Positions 39,901 through 54,900 of a DNA stretch of 64,000 nt are shown here, piece by piece; the stretch's first letter is position 1; every line of letters begins with the position of its first letter. Under the pieces are notes generated by a model, which ran no database searches, was not told the origin of the DNA, and worked only from the letters and a program-made list of their open reading frames with translations. This stretch comes from Nemertoderma westbladi (Eukaryota > Animalia > Xenacoelomorpha), in contig JAUCBJ010000765.1 in assembly GCA_032718475.1 (NCBI GenBank), forward strand, positions 36,913-100,912. Direction: 5' to 3'. The translations under genes were made by a program, and so were the position numbers.

Positions 39901-42900
39901 ATCTATCCACTGCTATTTATTCTAACTAAGAGTTCCCTCTATCCACTGCTATTTATTCTAACTAAGAGTTCCCATTATCCACTGATATATATTCTAAGTA
40001 AGAGTTCCGTCTATTCACTGCTATTTATTCTAACTATGAGTTCCCTCTATCCACTGCTATTTATTCTAACTAAGATTTTCATCTATCCACTGCTATTTAT
40101 TCTAACTAAGTGTTCCCTCTATCCACTGCTATTTATTCTAACTAAGTGTTCCCTCTATCCACTGCTATTTATTCTAACTAAGAGTTCCCTTTATCCACTG
40201 ATATATATTCTAAGTAAGAGTTCCGTCTATTCACTGCTATTTATTCTAACTATGAGTTCCCTCTATCCACTGCTATTTATTCTAACTACGAGTTCCCTCT
40301 ATCCACTGCTATTTATTCTAACTAAGAGTTCCATCTATCCACTGCTATTTATTCTAACTAAGAGTTCCATCTATCCACTGCTATTTACTCTAACTAAGAG
40401 TTCCCTCTATCCACTGCTATTTATTCTAACTAAGATTTTCATCTATCCACTGCTATTTATTCTAACTAAGTGTTCCCTCTATCCACTGCTATTTATTTTA
40501 ACTATGAGTTCCCTCTATCCACTGCTATTTATTCTAACTAAGAGTTCCCTTTATCCACTGATATATATTCTAAGTAAGAGTTCCGTCTATTCACTGCTAT
40601 TTATTCTAACTAAGAGTTCCATCTATCCACTGCTATTTACTCTAACTAAGAGTTCCCTCTATCCACTGCTATTTATTCTAACTAAGATTTTCATCTATCC
40701 ACTGCTATTTATTCTAACTAAGAGTTCCATCTATCCACTGCTATTTATTCTAACTATGAGTTCCATCTATCCTCTGCTATATATTCTAAGTAAGAGTTCC
40801 CTCTATCCACTGCTATTTATTCTAACTAAGTGTTCCCTCTATCCACTGCTATTTATTTTAACTATGAGTTCCCTCTATCCACTGCTATTTATTCTAACTA
40901 AGAGTTCCCTTTATCCACTGATATATATTCTAAGTAAGAGTTCCGTCTATTCACTGCTATTTATTCTAACTAAGAGTTCCCTCTATCCACTGCTATTTAT
41001 TCTAACTAAGAGTTCCCTCCATCCACTGCTATTTATTCTAAATAAGAGTTCCATCTATCCACTGCTATTTATTCTAACTAAGAGTTCCGCCTATCAACTG
41101 CTATTTTTACAAAGAGTCCCCTTTATCCACTGCCACTACGTGTTCCTTCTATCCACTGCTATTTATTCTAAATAAGAGTTCCCTCTATCCACTACTATTT
41201 ATTCTAACTAAGAGTTCCGCCTATCAACTGCTATTTTTACAAAGAGTCCCCTTTATCCACTGCCACTAAGTGTTCCATCTATCCACTGCTATTTATTCTA
41301 ACTATGAGTTCCATCTATCCACTGCTATTTATTCTAACTATGAGTTCCCTCTATCCACTGCTATTTATTCTAACTAAGAGTTCCATCTATCCACTGCTAT
41401 TTATTTTAACTAAGAGTTCCATCTATCCACTGCTATTTATTCTAACTAAGAGTTCCCTCTATCCACTGCTATTTATTCTAACTAAGAGTTCCCTCTATCC
41501 ACTGCTATTTATTCTAACTATGAGTTCCCTCTATCCACTGCTATTTATTCTAACTAAGAGTTCCCTTTATCCACTGATATATATTCTAAGTAAGAGTTCC
41601 GTCTATTCACTGCTATTTATTCTAACTAAGAGTTCCCTCTATCCACTGCTATTTATTCTAACTAAGAGTTCCCTTTATCCACTGATATATATTCTAAGTA
41701 AGAGTTCCGTCTATTCACTGCTATTTATTCTAACTAAGAGTTCCCTTTATCCACTGATATATATTCTAAGTAAGAGTTCCGTCTATTCACTGCTATTTAT
41801 TCTAACTAAGAGTTCCGTCTATCTACTGCTACTTATTCTAACTAAGTGTTCCCTCTATCCACTGCTATTTATTTTAACTAAGAGTTCCGTCTATTCACTG
41901 CTATTTATTCTAACTAAGAGTTCCCTCTATCCACTGCTATTTATTCTAACTAAGAGTTCCCTTTATCCATTGATATATATTCTAAGTAAGAGTTCCGTCT
42001 ATTCACTGCTATTTATTCTAACTAAGAGTTCCGTCTATCTACTGCTATTTATTCTAACTAAGAGTTCCGTCTATCTACTGCTATTTATTCTAACTAAGAT
42101 TTCCCTCTATCCACTGTTATTTATTCTAACTAAGATTTCCCTCTATCCACTGCTATTTATTCTAACTAAGAGTTCCCTTTATCCACTGATATATATTCTA
42201 AGTAAGAGTTCCGTCTATTCACTGCTATTTATTCTAACTAAGAGTTCCGTCTATCTACTGCTATTTATTCTAACTAAGAGTTCCCTCTATCCACTGCTAT
42301 TTATTCTAACTAAGATTTCCCTCTATCCACTGCTATTTATTCTAACTAAGAGTTCCCTCTATCCACTGCTATTTATTCTAACTAAGATTTCCCTCTATCC
42401 ACTGCTATTTATTCTAACTAAGAGTTCCCTTTATCCACTGCTATTTATTCTAACTATGAGTTCCATCTATCCTCTGCTATTTATTCTAACTAAGATTTCC
42501 CTCTATCCACTGCTATTTATTCTAACTAAGAGTTCCCTTTATCCACTGATATATATTCTAAGTAAGATTTCCCTCTATCCACTGTTATTTATTCTAACTA
42601 AGATTTCCCTCTATCCACTGCTATTTATTCCAACTAAGAGTTCCCTATATCCACTGTTATTTATTCCAACTAAGAGTTCCCTATATCCACTGTTATTTAT
42701 TCTAACTAAGATTTCCCTCTATCCACTGCTATTTATTCCAACTAAGAGTTCCCTATATCCACTGTTATTTATTCCAACTAAGAGTTCCCTATATCCACTG
42801 TTATTTATTCTAACTAAGAGTTCCCTCTATCCACTGCTATTTATTCTAACTAAGAGTTCCCTTTATCCACTGATATATATTCTAAGTAAGAGTTCCGTCT

Positions 42901-45900
42901 ATTCACTGCTATTTATTCTAACTAAGAGTTCCGTCTATCTACTGCTATTTATTCTAACTAAGATTTCCCTCTATCCACTGTTATTTATTCTAACTAAGAT
43001 TTCCCTCTATCCACTGCTATTTATTCCAACTAAGAGTTCCCTATATCCACTGTTATTTATTCTAACTAAGAGTTCCCTTTATCTACTGCTATTTATTCTA
43101 ACTAAGAGTTCTGTCTATCCACTGCTATATATTCTAACTAAGAGTTCCGTCTATCTACTTCTATTTATTCTAACTAAGAGTTCCCTCTATCCACTGCTAT
43201 TTATTTTAACTAAGAGTTCCATCTATCCACTGCTATTTATTCTAACTAAGAGTTCCATCTATCCACTGCTATTTATTCTAACTATGAGTTCCATCTATCC
43301 ACTGCTATTTATTCTAACTAAGAGTTCCCTTTATCCACTGATATATATTCTAAGTAAGAGTTCCGTCTATTCACTGCTATTTATTCTAACTAAGAGTTCC
43401 CTCTATCCACTGCTATTTATTCTAACTAAGAGTTCCCTCTATCCACTGCTATTTATTCTAAATAAGAGTTCCATCTATCCACTGCTATTTATTCTAACTA
43501 AGAGTTCCGCCTATCAACTGCTATTTTTACAAAGAGTCCCCTTTATCCACTGCCACTAAGTGTTCCTTCTATCCACTGCTATTTATTCTAAATAAGAGTT
43601 CCCTCTATCCACTACTATTTATTCTAACTAAGAGTTCCGCCTATCAACTGCTATTTTACAAAGAGTCCCCTTTATCCACTGCCACTAAGTGTTCCATCTA
43701 TCCACTGCTATTTATTCTAACTATGAGTTCCATCTATCCACTGCTATTTATTCTAACTATGAGTTCCCTCTATCCACTGCTATTTATTCTAACTAAGAGT
43801 TCCATCTATCCACTGCTATTTATTTTAACTAAGAGTTCCATCTATCCACTGCTATTTATTCTAACTAAGAGTTCCCTCTATCCACTGCTATTTATTCTAA
43901 CTAAGAGTTCCCTCTATCCACTGCTATTTATTCTAACTATGAGTTCCCTCTATCCACTGCTATTTATTCTAACTAAGAGTTCCCTTTATCCACTGATATA
44001 TATTCTAAGTAAGAGTTCCGTCTATTCACTGCTATTTATTCTAACTAAGAGTTCCCTCTATCCACTGCTATTTATTCTAACTAAGAGTTCCCTTTATCCA
44101 CTGATATATATTCTAAGTAAGAGTTCCGTCTATTCACTGCTATTCATTCTAACTAAGAGTTCCCTTTATCCACTGATATATATTCTAAGTAAGAGTTCCG
44201 TCTATTCACTGCTATTTATTCTAACTAAGAGTTCCGTCTATCTACTGCTACTTATTCTAACTAAGTGTTCCCTCTATCCACTGCTATTTATTTTAACTAA
44301 GAGTTCCGTCTATTCACTGCTATTTATTCTAACTAAGAGTTCCCTCTATCCACTGCTATTTATTCTAACTAAGAGTTCCCTTTATCCACTGATATATATT
44401 CTAAGTAAGAGTTCCGTCTATTCACTGCTATTTATTCTAACTAAGAGTTCCGTCTATCTACTGCTATTTATTCTAACTAAGAGTTCCGTCTATCTACTGC
44501 TATTTATTCTAACTAAGATTTCCCTCTATCCACTGTTATTTATTCTAACTAAGATTTCCCTCTATCCACTGCTATTTATTCTAACTAAGAGTTCCCTTTA
44601 TCCACTGATATATATTCTAAGTAAGAGTTCCTTCTATTCACTGCTATTTATTCTAACTAAGAGTTCCGTCTATCTACTGCTATTTATTCTAACTAAGAGT
44701 TCCCTCTATCCACTGCTATTTATTCTAACTAAGATTTCCCTCTATCCACTGCTATTTATTCTAACTAAGAGTTCCCTCTATCCACTGCTATTTATTCTAA
44801 CTAAGATTTCCCTCTATCCACTGCTATTTATTCTAACTAAGAGTTCCCTTTATCCACTGCTATTTATTCTAACTATGAGTTCCATCTATCCTCTGCTATT
44901 TATTCTAACTAAGATTTCCCTCGATCCACTGCTATTTATTCTAACTAAGAGTTCCCTTTATCCACTGATATATATTCTAAGTAAGAGTTCCGTCTATTCA
45001 CTGCTATTTATTCTAACTAAGAGTTCCGTCTATCTACTGCTATTTATTCTAACTAAGAGTTCCGTCTATCTACTGCTATTTATTCTAACTAAGATTTCCC
45101 TCTATCCACTGTTATTTATTCTAACTAAGATTTCCCTCTATCCACTGCTATTTATTCCAACTAAGAGTTCCCTATATCCACTGTTATTTATTCCATCTAA
45201 GAGTTCCCTATATCCACTGTTATTTATTCTAACTAAGAGTTCCCTCTATCCACTGCTATTTATTCTAACTAAGAGTTCCCTTTATCCACTGATATATATT
45301 CTAAGTAAGAGTTCCGTCTATTCACTGCTATTTATTCTAACTAAGAGTTCCGTCTATCTACTGCTATTTATTCTAACTAAGATTTCCCTCTATCCACTGT
45401 TATTTATTCTAACTAAGATTTCCCTCTATCCACTGCTATTTATTCCAACTAAGAGTTCCCTATATCCACTGTTATTTATTCTAACTAAGAGTTCCCTTTA
45501 TCTACTGCTATTTATTCTAACTAAGAGTTCTGTCTATCCACTGCTATATATTCTAACTAAGAGTTCCGTCTATCTACTTCTATTTATTCTAACTAAGAGT
45601 TCCCTCTATCCACTGCTATTTATTTTAACTAAGAGTTCCATCTATCCACTGCTATTTATTCTAACTAAGAGTTCCCTCTATCCACTGCTATTTATTCTTA
45701 CCTAGAGTTCCCTTTATCCACTGCTATTTATTCTAACTTAGAGTTCCCTTTATCCACTGCTATTTATTCTAACTAAGAGTTCCATCTATCCACTGCTATT
45801 TATTCTAACTAAGGGTTCCCTCTATCCACTGCTATTTATTCTAACTAAGAGTTCCCTTTATCCACTGATATATATTCTAAGTAAGAGTTCCGTCTATTCA

Positions 45901-48900
45901 CTGCTATTTATTCTAACTAAGAGTTCCATCTATCCACTGCTATTTATTCTAACTAAGAGTTCCATCTATCCACTGCTATTTATTCTAACTAAGAGTTCCC
46001 TCTATCCACTGCTATTTATTCTAACTAAGAGTTCCCTTTATCCACTGATATATATTCTAAGTAAGAGTTCCGTCTATTCACTGCTATTTATTCTAACTAT
46101 GAGTTCCCTCTATCCACTGCTATTTATTCTAACTAAGATTTTCATCTATCCACTGCTATTTATTCTAACTAAGTGTTCCCTCTATCCACTGCTATTTATT
46201 CTAACTAAATGTTCCCTCTATCCACTGCTATTTATTCTAACTAAGAGTTCCCTTTATCCACTGATATATATTCTAAGTAAGAGTTCCGTCTATTCACTGC
46301 TATTTATTCTAACTATGAGTTCCCTCTATCCACTACTATTTATTCTAACTACGAGTTCCCTCTATCCACTGCTATTTATTCTAACTAAGAGTTCCATCTA
46401 TCCACTGCTATTTATTCTAACTAAGAGTTCCATCTATCCACTGCTATTTACTCTAACGAAGAGTTCCCTCTATCCACTGCTATTTATTCTAAATAAGATT
46501 TTCATCTATCCACTGCTATTTATTCTAACTAAGTGTTCCCTCTATCCACTGCTATTTATTTTAACTATGAGTTCCCTCTATCCACTGCTATTTATTCTAA
46601 CTAAGAGTTCCCTTTATCCACTGATATATATTCTAAGTAAGAGTTCCGTCTATTCACTGCTATTTATTCTAACTAAGAGTTCCATCTATCCACTGCTATT
46701 TACTCTAACTAAGAGTTCCCTCTATCCACTGCTATTTATTCTAACTAAGATTTTCATTTATCCACTGCTATTTATTCTAACTAAGAGTTCCATCTATCCA
46801 CTGCTATTTATTCTAACTATGAGTTCCATCTATCCTCTGCTATATATTCTAAGTAAGAGTTCCCTCTATCCACTGCTATTTATTCTAACTAAGTGTTCCC
46901 TCTATCCACTGCTATTTATTTTAACTATGAGTTCCCTCTATCCACTGCTATTTATTCTAACTAAGAGTTCCCTTTATCCACTGATATATATTCTAAGTAA
47001 GAGTTCCGTCTATTCACTGCTATTTATTCTAACTAAGAGTTCCCTCTATCCACTGCTATTTATTCTAACTAAGAGTTCCCTCCATCCACTGCTATTTATT
47101 CTAAATAAGAGTTCCATCTATCCACTGCTATTTATTCTAACTAAGAGTTCCGCCTATCAACTGCTATTTTTACAAAGAGTCCCCTTTATCCACTGCCACT
47201 AAGTGTTCCTTCTATCCACTGCTATTTATTCTAAATAAGAGTTCCCTCTATCCACTACTATTTATTCTAACTAAGAGTTCCGCCTATCAACTGCTATTTT
47301 TACAAAGAGTCCCCTTTATCCACTGCCACTAAGTGTTCCATCTATCCACTGCTATTTATTCTAACTATGAGTTCCATCTATCCACTGCTATTTATTCTAA
47401 CTATGAGTTCCCTCTATCCACTGCTATTTATTCTAACTAAGAGTTCCATCTATCCACTGCTATTTATTTTAACTAAGAGTTCCATCTATCCACTGCTATT
47501 TATTCTAACTAAGAGTTCCCTCTATCCACTGCTATTTATTCTAACTAAGAGTTCCCTCTATCCACTGCTATTTATTCTAACTATGAGTTCCCTCTATCCA
47601 CTGCTATTTATTCTAACTAAGAGTTCCCTTTATCCACTGATATATATTCTAAGTAAGAGTTCCGTCTATTCACTGCTATTTATTCTAACTAAGAGTTCCC
47701 TCTATCCACTGCTATTTATTCTAACTAAGAGTTCCCTTTATCCACTGATATATATTCTAAGTAAGAGTTCCGTCTATTCACTGCTATTTATTCTAACTAA
47801 GAGTTCCCTTTATCCACTGATATATATTCTAAGTAAGAGTTCCGTCTATTCACTGCTATTTATTCTAACTAAGAGTTCCGTCTATCTACTGCTACTTATT
47901 CTAACTAAGTGTTCCCTCTATCCACTGCTATTTATTTTAACTAAGAGTTCCGTCTATTCACTGCTATTTATTCTAACTAAGAGTTCCCTCTATCCACTGC
48001 TATTTATTCTAACTAAGAGTTCCCTTTATCCACTGATATATATTCTAAGTAAGAGTTCCGTCTATTCACTGCTATTTATTCTAACTAAGAGTTCCGTCTA
48101 TCTACTGCTATTTATTCTAACTAAGAGTTCCGTCTATCTACTGCTATTTATTCTAACTAAGATTTCCCTCTATCCACTGTTATTTATTCTAACTAAGATT
48201 TCCCTCTATCCACTGCTATTTATTCTAACTAAGAGTTCCCTTTATCCACTGATATATATTCTAAGTAAGAGTTCCGTCTATTCACTGCTATTTATTCTAA
48301 CTAAGAGTTCCGTCTATCTACTGCTATTTATTCTAACTAAGAGTTCCCTCTATCCACTGCTATTTATTCTAACTAAGATTTCCCTCTATCCACTGCTATT
48401 TATTCTAACTAAGAGTTCCCTCTATCCACTGCTATTTATTCTAACTAAGATTTCCCTCTATCCACTGCTATTTATTCTAACTAAGAGTTCCCTTTATCCA
48501 CTGCTATTTATTCTAACTAAGAGTTCCCTTTATCCACTGCTATTTATTCTAACTATGAGTTCCATCTATCCTCTGCTATTTATTCTAACTAAGATTTCCC
48601 TCTATCCACTGCTATTTATTCTAACTAAGAGTTCCCTTTATCCACTGATATATATTCTAAGTAAGAGTTCCGTCTATTCACTGCTATTTATTCTAACTAA
48701 GAGTTCCGTCTATCTACTGCTATTTATTCTAACTAAGAGTTCCGTCTATCTACTGCTATTTATTCTAACTAAGATTTCCCTCTATCCACTGTTATTTATT
48801 CTAACTAAGATTTCCCTCTATCCACTGCTATTTATTCCAACTAAGAGTTCCCTATATCCACTGTTATTTATTCCAACTAAGAGTTCCCTATATCCACTGT

Positions 48901-51900
48901 TATTTATTCTAACTAAGAGTTCCCTCTATCCACTGCTATTTATTCTAACTAAGAGTTCCCTTTATCCACTGATATATATTCTAAGTAAGAGTTCCGTCTA
49001 TTCACTGCTATTTATTCTAACTAAGAGTTCCGTCTATCTACTGCTATTTATTCTAACTAAGATTTCCCTCTATCCACTGTTATTTATTCTAACTAAGATT
49101 TCCCTCTATCCACTGCTATTTATTCCAACTAAGAGTTCCCTATATCCACTGTTATTTATTCTAACTAAGAGTTCCCTTTATCTACTGCTATTTATTCTAA
49201 CTAAGAGTTCTGTCTATCCACTGCTATATATTCTAACTAAGAGTTCCGTCTATCTACTTCTATTTATTCTAACTAAGAGTTCCCTCTATCCACTGCTATT
49301 TATTTTAACTAAGAGTTCCATCTATCCACTGCTATTTATTCTAACTAAGAGTTCCCTGTATCCACTGCTATTTATTCTTACCTAGAGTTCCCTTTATCCA
49401 CTGCTATTTATTCTAACTTAGAGTTCCCTTTATCCACTGCTATTTATTCTAACTAAGAGTTCCATCTATCCACTGCTATTTATTCTAACTAAGGGTTCCC
49501 TCTATCCACTGCTATTTATTCTAACTAAGATTTCCCTCTATCCACTGCTATTTATTCCAACTAAGAGTTCCCTATATCCACTGTTATTTATTCTAACTAA
49601 GAGTTCCCTTTATCTACTGCTATTTATTCTAACTAAGAGTTCTGTCTATCCACTGCTATATATTCTAACTAAGAGTTCCGTCTATCTACTTCTATTTATT
49701 CTAACTAAGAGTTCCGTCTATCTACTGCTATTTATTCTAACTAAGATTTCCCTCTATCCACTGTTATTTATTCTAACTAAGATTTCCCTCTATCCACTGC
49801 TATTTATTCCAACTAAGAGTTCCCTATATCCACTGTTATTTATTCTAACTTAGAGTTCCCTTTATCCACTGCTATTTATTCTAACTAAGAGTTCCCTATA
49901 TCCACTGTTATTTATTCTAACTAAGAGTTCCCTTTATCTACTGCTATTTATTCTAACTAAGAGTTCCCTATATCCACTGTTATTTATTCTAACTAAGAGT
50001 TCCCTATATCCACTGTTATTTATTCTAACTAAGAGTTCCATCTATCCACTGCTATTTATTCTAACTAAGAGTTCCCTCTATCCACTGCTATTTATTCTTA
50101 CCTAGAGTTCCCTTTATCCACTGCTATTTATTATAACTTAGAGTTCCCTTTATCCACTGCTATTTATTCTAACTAAGAGTTCCATCTATCCACTGCTATT
50201 TATTCTAACTAAGAGTTCCATCTATCCACTGCTATTTATTCTAACTAAGAGTTCCATCTATCCACTGCTATTTATTCTAACTAAGAGTTCCGCCTATCAA
50301 CTGCTATTTTTACAAAGAGTCCCCTTTATCCACTGCCACTAAGTGTTCCTTCTATCGACTGCTATTTATTCTAAATAAGAGTTCCCTCTATCCACTACTA
50401 TTTATTCTAACTAAGAGTTCCGCCTATCAACTGCTATTTTTACAAAGAGTCCCCTTTATCCACTGCCACTAAGTGTTCCATCTATCCACTGCTATTTATT
50501 CTAACTATGAGTTCCATCTATCCACTGCTATTTATTCTAACTATGAGTTCCCTCTATCCACTGCTATTTATTCTAACTAAGAGTTCCATCTATCCACTGC
50601 TATTTATTTTAACTAAGAGTTCCATCTATCCACTGCTATTTATTCTAACTAAGAGTTCCCTCTATCCACTGCTATTTATTCTAACTAAGAGTTCCCTCTA
50701 TCCACTGCTATTTATTCTAACTATGAGTTCCCTCTATCCACTGCTATTTATTCTAACTAAGAGTTCCCTTTATCCACTGATATATATTCTAAGTAAGAGT
50801 TCCGTCTATTCACTGCTATTTATTCTAACTAAGAGTTCCCTTTATCCACTGATATATATTCTAAGTAAGAGTTCCGTCTATTCACTGCTATTTATTCTAA
50901 CTAAGAGTTCCCTTTATCCACTGATATATATTCTAAGTAAGAGTTCCGTCTATTCACTGCTATTTATTCTAACTAAGAGTTCCGTCTATCTACTGCTACT
51001 TATTCTAACTAAGTGATCCCTCTATCCACTGCTATTTATTTTAACTAAGAGTTCCGTCTATTCACTGCTATTTATTCTAACTAAGAGTTCCCTCTATCCA
51101 CTGCTATTTATTCTAACTAAGAGTTCCCTTTATCCACTGATATATATTCTAAGTAAGAGTTCCGTCTATTCACTGCTATTTATTCTAACTAAGAGTTCCG
51201 TCTATCTACTGCTATTTATTCTAACTAAGAGTTCCGTCTATCTACTGCTATTTATTCTAACTAAGATTTCCCTCTATCCACTGTTATTTATTCTAACTAT
51301 GAGTTCCCTCTATCCACTGCTATTTATTCTAACTAAGAGTTCCGCCTATCAACTGCTATTTTTACAAAGAGTCCCCTTTATCCACTGCCACTAAGTGTTC
51401 CATCTATCCACTGCTATTTATTCTAACTATGAGTTCCATCTATCCACTGCTATTTATTCTAACTATGAGTTCCCTCTATCCACTGCTATTTATTCTAACT
51501 AAGAGTTCCATCTATCCACTGCTATTTATTTTAACTAAGAGTTCCATCTATCCACTGCTATTTATTCTAACTAAGAGTTCCCTCTATCCACTGCTATTTA
51601 TTCTAACTAAGAGTTCCCTCTATCCACTGCTATTTATTCTAACTATGAGTTCCCTCTATCCACTGCTATTTATTCTAACTAAGAGTTCCCTTTATCCACT
51701 GATATATATTCTAAGTAAGAGTTCCGTCTATTCACTGCTATTTATTCTAACTAAGAGTTCCCTTTATCCACTGATATATATTCTAAGTAAGAGTTCCGTC
51801 TATTCACTGCTATTTATTCTAACTAAGAGTTCCCTTTATCCACTGATATATATTCTAAGTAAGAGTTCCGTCTATTCACTGCTATTTATTCTAACTAAGA

Positions 51901-54900
51901 GTTCCGTCTATCTACTGCTACTTATTCTAACTAAGTGATCCCTCTATCCACTGCTATTTATTTTAACTAAGAGTTCCGTCTATTCACTGCTATTTATTCT
52001 AACTAAGAGTTCCCTCTATCCACTGCTATTTATTCTAACTAAGAGTTCCCTTTATCCACTGATATATATTCTAAGTAAGAGTTCCATCTATTCACTGCTA
52101 TTTATTCTAACTAAGAGTTCCGTCTATCTACTGCTATTTATTCTAACTAAGAGTTCCGTCTATCTACTGCTATTTATTCTAACTAAGATTTCCCTCTATC
52201 CACTGTTATTTATTCTAACTAAGATTTCCCTCTATCCACTGCTATTTATTCTAACTAAGAGTTCCCTTTATCCACTGATATATATTCTAAGTAAGAGTTC
52301 CGTCTATTCACTGCTATTTATTCTAACTAAGAGTTCCGTCTATCTACTGCTATTTATTCTAACTAAGAGTTCCCTCTATCCACTGCTATTTATTCTAACT
52401 AAGATTTCCCTCTATCCACTGCTATTTATTCTAACTAAGAGTTCCCTCTATCCACTGCTATTTATTCTAACTAAGAGTTCCCTCTATCCACTGCTATTTA
52501 TTCTAACTAAGATTTCCCTCTATCCACTGTTATTTATTCTAACTAAGATTTCCCTCTATCCACTGCTATTTATTCTAACTAAGAGTTCCCTCTATCCACT
52601 GCTATTTATTCTAACTAAGATTTCCCTCTATCCACTGTTATTTATTCTAACTAAGATTTCCCTCTATCCACTGCTATTTACTCTAACTAAGAGTTCCCTA
52701 TATCCACTGCTATTTATTCTAACTAAGAGTTCCCTCTATCCTCTGCTATTTATTCTAACTAAGAGTTCCATCTATCCACTGCTATTTATTCTAACTAAGA
52801 TTTCCCTCTATCCACTGTTATTTATTCTAACTAAGATTTCCCTCTATCCACTGCTATTTATTCTAACTAAGAGTTCCCTCTATCCACTGCTATTTATTCT
52901 AACTAAGATTTCCCTCTATCCACTGTTATTTATTCTAACTAAGATTTCCCTCTATCCACTGCTATTTATTCTAACTAAGAGTTCCCTCTATCCACTGCTA
53001 TTTATTCTAACTAAGATTTCCCTCTATCCACTGTTATTTATTCTAACTAAGATTTCCCTCTATCCACTGCTATTTATTCCAACTAAGAGTTCCCTATATC
53101 CACTGTTATTTATTCCAACTAAGAGTTCCCTATATCCACTGTTATTTATTCTAACTAAGAGTTCCCTCTATCCACTGCTATTTATTCTAACTAAGAGTTC
53201 CCTTTATCCACTGATATATATTCTAAGTAAGAGTTCCGTCTATTCACTGCTATTTATTCTAACTAAGAGTTCCGTCTATCTACTGCTATTTATTCTAACT
53301 AAGATTTCCCTCTATCCACTGTTATTTATTCTAACTAAGATTTCCCTCTATCCACTGCTATTTATTCCAACTAAGAGTTCCCTATATCCACTGTTATTTA
53401 TTCTAACTAAGAGTTCCCTTTATCTACTGCTATTTATTCTAACTAAGAGTTCTGTCTATCCACTGCTATATATTCTAACTAAGAGTTCCGTCTATCTACT
53501 TCTATTTGTTCTAACTAAGAGTTCCCTCTATCCACTGCTATTTATTTTAACTAAGAGTTCCATCTATCCACTGCTATTTATTCTAACTAAGAGTTCCCTC
53601 TATCCACTGCTATTTATTCTTACCTAGAGTTCCCTTTATCCACTGCTATTTATTCTAACTTAGAGTTCCCTTTATCCACTGCTATTTATTCTAACTAAGA
53701 GTTCCATCTATCCACTGCTATTTATTCTAACTAAGGGTTCCCTCTATCCACTGCTATTTATTCTAACTAAGATTTCCCTCTATCCACTGCTATTTATTCT
53801 AACTAAGAGTTCCCTCTATCCTCTGCTATTTATTCTAACTATGAGTTCCATCTATCCACTGCTATTTATTCTAACTAAGAGTTCCATCTAGCCACTGCTA
53901 TTTATTCTAACTAAGAGTTCCCTATATCCACTGCTATTTATTCTAACTAAGAGTTCCCTCTATCCTCTGCTATTTATTCTAACTATGAGTTCCATCTATC
54001 CACTGCTATTTATTCTAACTAAGAGTTCCATCTATCCACTGCTATTTATTCTAACTAAGAGTTCCATCTATCCACTGCTATTTATTCTAACTAAGAGTTC
54101 CATCTATCCACTGCTATTTATTCTAACTAAGAGTTCCCTCTGTCCACTGCTATTTATTCTACCTAAGAGTTCCCTCTATCCACTGCTATTTATTCTAACT
54201 ATGAGTTCCATCTATCCACTGCTATTTATTCTAACTAAGAGTTCCCTCTATCCACTGCTATTTATTCCAACTAAGTGTTCCCTCTATCCACTGCTATTTA
54301 TTCTAACTAAGGGTTCCATCTATCCACTGCTATTTATTCTAACTAAGAGTTCCATCTATCCACTGCTATTTATTCTAAATAAGAGTTCCATCTATCCTCT
54401 GCTATTTATTCTAACTAAGAGTTCCCTCTATCCTCTGCTATTTATTCTAACTATGAGTTCCATCTATCCACTGCTATTTATTCTAACTAAGAGTTCCATC
54501 TATCCACTGCTATTTATTCTAAATAAGAGTTCCATCTGTCCACTGCTATTTATTCTAACTAAGAGTTCCCTTTATCCACTGCTATTTATTCTAACTAAGA
54601 GTTCCCTTTATCCACTGCTATTTATTCTAACTAAGAGTTCCCTTTATCCACTGCTATTTATTCCAACTAAGTGTTCCCTCTATCCACTGCTATTTATTCT
54701 AACTAAGAGTTCCATCTATCCACTGCTATTTATTCTAACTAAGAGTTCCATCTATCCACTGCTATTTATTCTAAATAAGAGTTCCATCTATCCACTGCTA
54801 TTTATTCTAACTAAGAGTTCCCTCTATCCACTGCTATTTATTCCAACTAAGTTTTCCCTCTATCCACTGCTATTTATTCTACCTAAGAGTTCCCTCTATC

